Shown here: in pieces, positions 56,862 through 59,209 of the stretch
Layout of the letters: each line of letters opens with the position of its first letter
How positions within the stretch are numbered: position 1 is the first letter of the stretch
IMG/VR virus record: IMGVR_UViG_3300027763_000068
Span: 1 to 59,209 of that record
Origin: a virus
Lineage: Duplodnaviria; Caudoviricetes
Length of the DNA stretch: 59,209 nucleotides
Direction: 5' to 3' (one strand)
The notes under the pieces: model-generated
What the model saw: the letters and a program-made list of their open reading frames with translations, nothing else
What the model was told of the DNA's origin: nothing
The model's database searches: none
Translations under genes and position numbers: made by a program

Positions 56862-57682
56862 CCTCCTCGCGGTGGTTCTGCTCTTCCTTTACCGGATATA
56901 AAACGTTCTGCTCTATTCATCAATGATAGTGTTCCGCTTTGATTACCTATGCCAGTTTGCATTGCAGGTTCTAGTTCTACAAATAATAATTTAATGTTTA
57001 ATGCTATAGGTCTGTAATTTGGTGTAGCAAATGGTGTATTTAAAATTGGTGATCTGTTTATATCTACCTGTTTTAATACAGATGTTAATGGTTGTCCGTC
57101 CCAGTAGTCTGGAACAAAATTTGATTTATTAGTAGAAGTTGCCTCAAAACACCAAATATACGGATGTTTCATGGTTAAAAGTGATGCAGTATTTGCTATA
57201 GGAAAGCAGTTATTTTGAAAAATCAGGGCTATAGTATTTGCTATTTTTGCTTGTTTTTCATTTTTAGCCACCATGTTTATTTCAAAACTGTGAGTTCGTC
57301 TAGCACCCGGTTCTAAAATAGTCTCAAAGTGATCAAATCGAATTATGGATCCGCCACTAAAAAAGCTGTTAGCAAGTTCTTTTGTTGCTGCTATTTGTTG
57401 GCCGAGTGTTCCTAATAAATTGCCGGTTTCCACAGATTGAACATTTAGACTACCACCAGCAGTATACGTTTGACTATTACTGGTATTCATTTGTCTTGGG
57501 TATGGAATAGATATAACAAGGCCTGGTGTATTTTTTATAGAAGTTCTTGTTCTGCCACTATTAAAAGTAGTCCAGTCTTTTGCATAAAACGTCATCCAGA
57601 CAGGAATCTCGTTTTCGTATTCGTCTCCTGGTGGTGGAAATTGGTAATAATTGCTGGTATTTGGATTTACTGGTTGTGCCAT
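56852..57682 (-). CDS. gp48: baseplate tail tube cap (T4 gp48-like)
   Basis: 'YQFP', 'RTHSFEINMVAKNEKQA', 'P.IW', 'VLKQVDIN', 'LLFVELE'. Confidence 0.75.
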   Translation of the reverse strand: MAQPVNPNTSNYYQFPPPGDEYENEIPVWMTFYAKDWTTFNSGRTRTSIKNTPGLVISIPYPRQMNTSNSQTYTAGGSLNVQSVETGNLLGTLGQQIAATKELANSFFSGGSIIRFDHFETILEPGARRTHSFEINMVAKNEKQAKIANTIALIFQNNCFPIANTASLLTMKHPYIWCFEATSTNKSNFVPDYWDGQPLTSVLKQVDINRSPILNTPFATPNYRPIALNIKLLFVELEPAMQTGIGNQSGTLSLMNRAERFISGKGRAEPPRGGWS

Positions 57683-57688
57683 TTGTGT

Positions 57689-57696
57689 TATAAATA
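57689..57696 (+). promoter_or_regulatory. T4-type late promoter TATAAATA before gp4
   Basis: exact motif in the divergent gp48/gp4 gap. Confidence 0.75.
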
Positions 57697-57711
57697 TATA
57701 TTGGAATTTAC

Positions 57712-58143
57712 ATGGCGTATAAAACTAAATATGAACCAAAAAATCCACAAAAATATGTTGGCAATTACGCCAACATTGTTTGTCGTTCTAATTGGGAACG
57801 TAAGTTCTGCAAGTATTTGGATGAAAACAATAATGTTGTCAGATGGTCTAGCGAAGAAATAAAAATTCCATATCTGTCTACAATAGACAGACAGATACAC
57901 CAATATTACCCAGATTTTGTGTTTGAAGCATTAAAAGGCGAACAAGTTGAAACTTTCATGGTGGAAATAAAACCTAAAAAGCAAACAATACAGCCAGCTC
58001 CTAGAAAGAATAAAAGAGCGTATCTAAACGAATGCATCACATACGAAACCAACACGTGTAAATGGAAAGCAGCAAACGCGTACTGTAAAGATAAAGGGTG
58101 GACTTTTAAAATATTAACAGAAGAAAACCTATTTAAAGGCTAA
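57712..58143 (+). CDS. gp4: head completion nuclease (T4 gp4)
   Basis: 'PKNPQKYVG', 'RSNWERKF', 'WSSEE', 'YYPDF', 'VEIKPKKQ', 'KWKAA', 'FKILTE'. Confidence 0.95.
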   Translation: MAYKTKYEPKNPQKYVGNYANIVCRSNWERKFCKYLDENNNVVRWSSEEIKIPYLSTIDRQIHQYYPDFVFEALKGEQVETFMVEIKPKKQTIQPAPRKNKRAYLNECITYETNTCKWKAANAYCKDKGWTFKILTEENLFKG

Positions 58144-58144
58144 A

Positions 58145-58753
58145 ATGGCATATCCAGACAACAACGACGTAAATTCACTGATTAGTTTTTTTCAGGGAGT
58201 ATCCGGATTTCAACGATCAAACAGATTCAAGGTGGTTATTAATGTTCCAACCCAAATAACCACACAATATCCTGGCCAATTTACTATAAAAAACAATCAA
58301 ATATCTTTATTTGCAACAACAGTACAAATTCCACAACAAGTAATCACGTACTTTCCTGATACCATGTCTCCTTCTGGTGCTGAGATTGATATTCCTCTAA
58401 AAAGAGGATTTGATGAAAGATTTATAATAGACTTTATAGTGGATTCTAAATGGCAAGCCAGAAGATTTTTTGAAGCTTGGATGAATATCATGTTTATTAA
58501 CGATACCACATCTTCTTTTAAAAATTCAATTATAGTAAATTATCAAAATAATATTAGCAGTACTGTTGATATTTACGCTCTAGACCAAAACGGAAATACT
58601 AATAGACGAATAACACTATATCAAGCGTGGCCAAGCACAATACTTCCAACTCAAATGATGAATGATGCTCCTAACGATTATTTAACTTTAAGTGTGGATA
58701 TGAACTATAGATACTATAGAGCGTTTGACGCAACAAATGGGTTAGAAACTTAA
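58145..58753 (+). CDS. tail-tube-like baseplate protein (gp54-like)
   Basis: 'GFQRSNRFKV', 'RRFFEAWMN', 'IYALD', 'AWPSTI', 'YRYY'. Confidence 0.7.
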   Translation: MAYPDNNDVNSLISFFQGVSGFQRSNRFKVVINVPTQITTQYPGQFTIKNNQISLFATTVQIPQQVITYFPDTMSPSGAEIDIPLKRGFDERFIIDFIVDSKWQARRFFEAWMNIMFINDTTSSFKNSIIVNYQNNISSTVDIYALDQNGNTNRRITLYQAWPSTILPTQMMNDAPNDYLTLSVDMNYRYYRAFDATNGLET

Positions 58754-58755
58754 TT

Positions 58756-59209
58756 ATGGCCATTAAAGATCTTTTATTATCGTCTCTACCGCAGTACTGC
58801 GAAATATTAGCTTCAGGAAAAGAAGTGTGTTTTAGACCAATGATTGTTTCTGAGGAAAAGGCCATGTTGTTGGCAAAACACTCTGAAAACAAACAAACCA
58901 TACTAAAAACATTAACTAATATAATTTCCACCTGTTTTGGTGGTTCTAAAGACTGGTCTATTGCAGATTTTGAACACATGTTTCTATTGCTTCGAGCAAA
59001 ATCTATAGGCGAAGTAGAAGGATTTACAATCAAATGCCCAGTGACTGCAGAAGACGTTAATATTAAAATAAATTTATTAAAAGACGTTAAATTAACAAAA
59101 TCAAAAGCTAATAATAAAGTTAAATTAAATGAAAATTTAGTTGTTGTATTTAAAGAACCAACAATAAAAACACTGGCAAAATATCCAGACTACAAAGAAA
59201 CAACAGAAC
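58756..59209 (+). CDS. gp26: baseplate hub assembly protein (T4 gp26-like), truncated by window end
   Basis: my translation: 'MAIKDLLLSSLPQY...SGKEVCFRPMIVSEEKAMLLA...DFEHMFLLLRAKSIGE...KCP'; not in the ORF track because no stop is reached. Confidence 0.85.
   Translation, partial: MAIKDLLLSSLPQYCEILASGKEVCFRPMIVSEEKAMLLAKHSENKQTILKTLTNIISTCFGGSKDWSIADFEHMFLLLRAKSIGEVEGFTIKCPVTAEDVNIKINLLKDVKLTKSKANNKVKLNENLVVVFKEPTIKTLAKYPDYKETTE

Noticed and set aside
1-59209. tRNA, rRNA, integrase, reverse transcriptase or CRISPR array
   Set aside because: Intergenic gaps are very short and none of these was recognisable by eye; a covariance-model scan was not run

Overview
A 59 kb fragment of a large T4-like myophage genome with cyanophage/pelagiphage-like gene order; almost all genes are on the minus strand. 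From the left: (1) an AT-rich island of 12 glycan-related genes (about eight glycosyltransferase-like ORFs including GT2-, GT25- and GT10-like, a nucleotidyltransferase, a HAD phosphatase, a cupin and an FkbM-like methyltransferase); (2) the replication/recombination/late-transcription block (regA, gp62, gp44, gp45, rnh, gp46, gp47, gp55, uvsW, uvsY); (3) the head/neck/tail block (gp3, gp23, gp22, gp21, gp67/68-like, gp20, gp19, gp18, gp17, gp16, gp15, gp14, gp13); (4) an unusual fibre/appendage cluster with collagen-like GxT repeats, dense Cys-rich 'GACC' repeats and DUF1566-like lectin ends; (5) a remodelled baseplate (split gp8, gp7, gp6, gp25, split gp27-like hub, frameshifted gp53 carrying RCC1-like repeats, gp48), then divergent gp4, gp54 and partial gp26. 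The most notable pattern is a G-x-T tripeptide recurring in exterior virion proteins but nearly absent from the non-virion enzyme I counted, in the same genome as a large glycosyltransferase island. This suggests (inference) a sequon-directed virion O-glycosylation system. All assignments come from motif recognition and synteny, not database searches.
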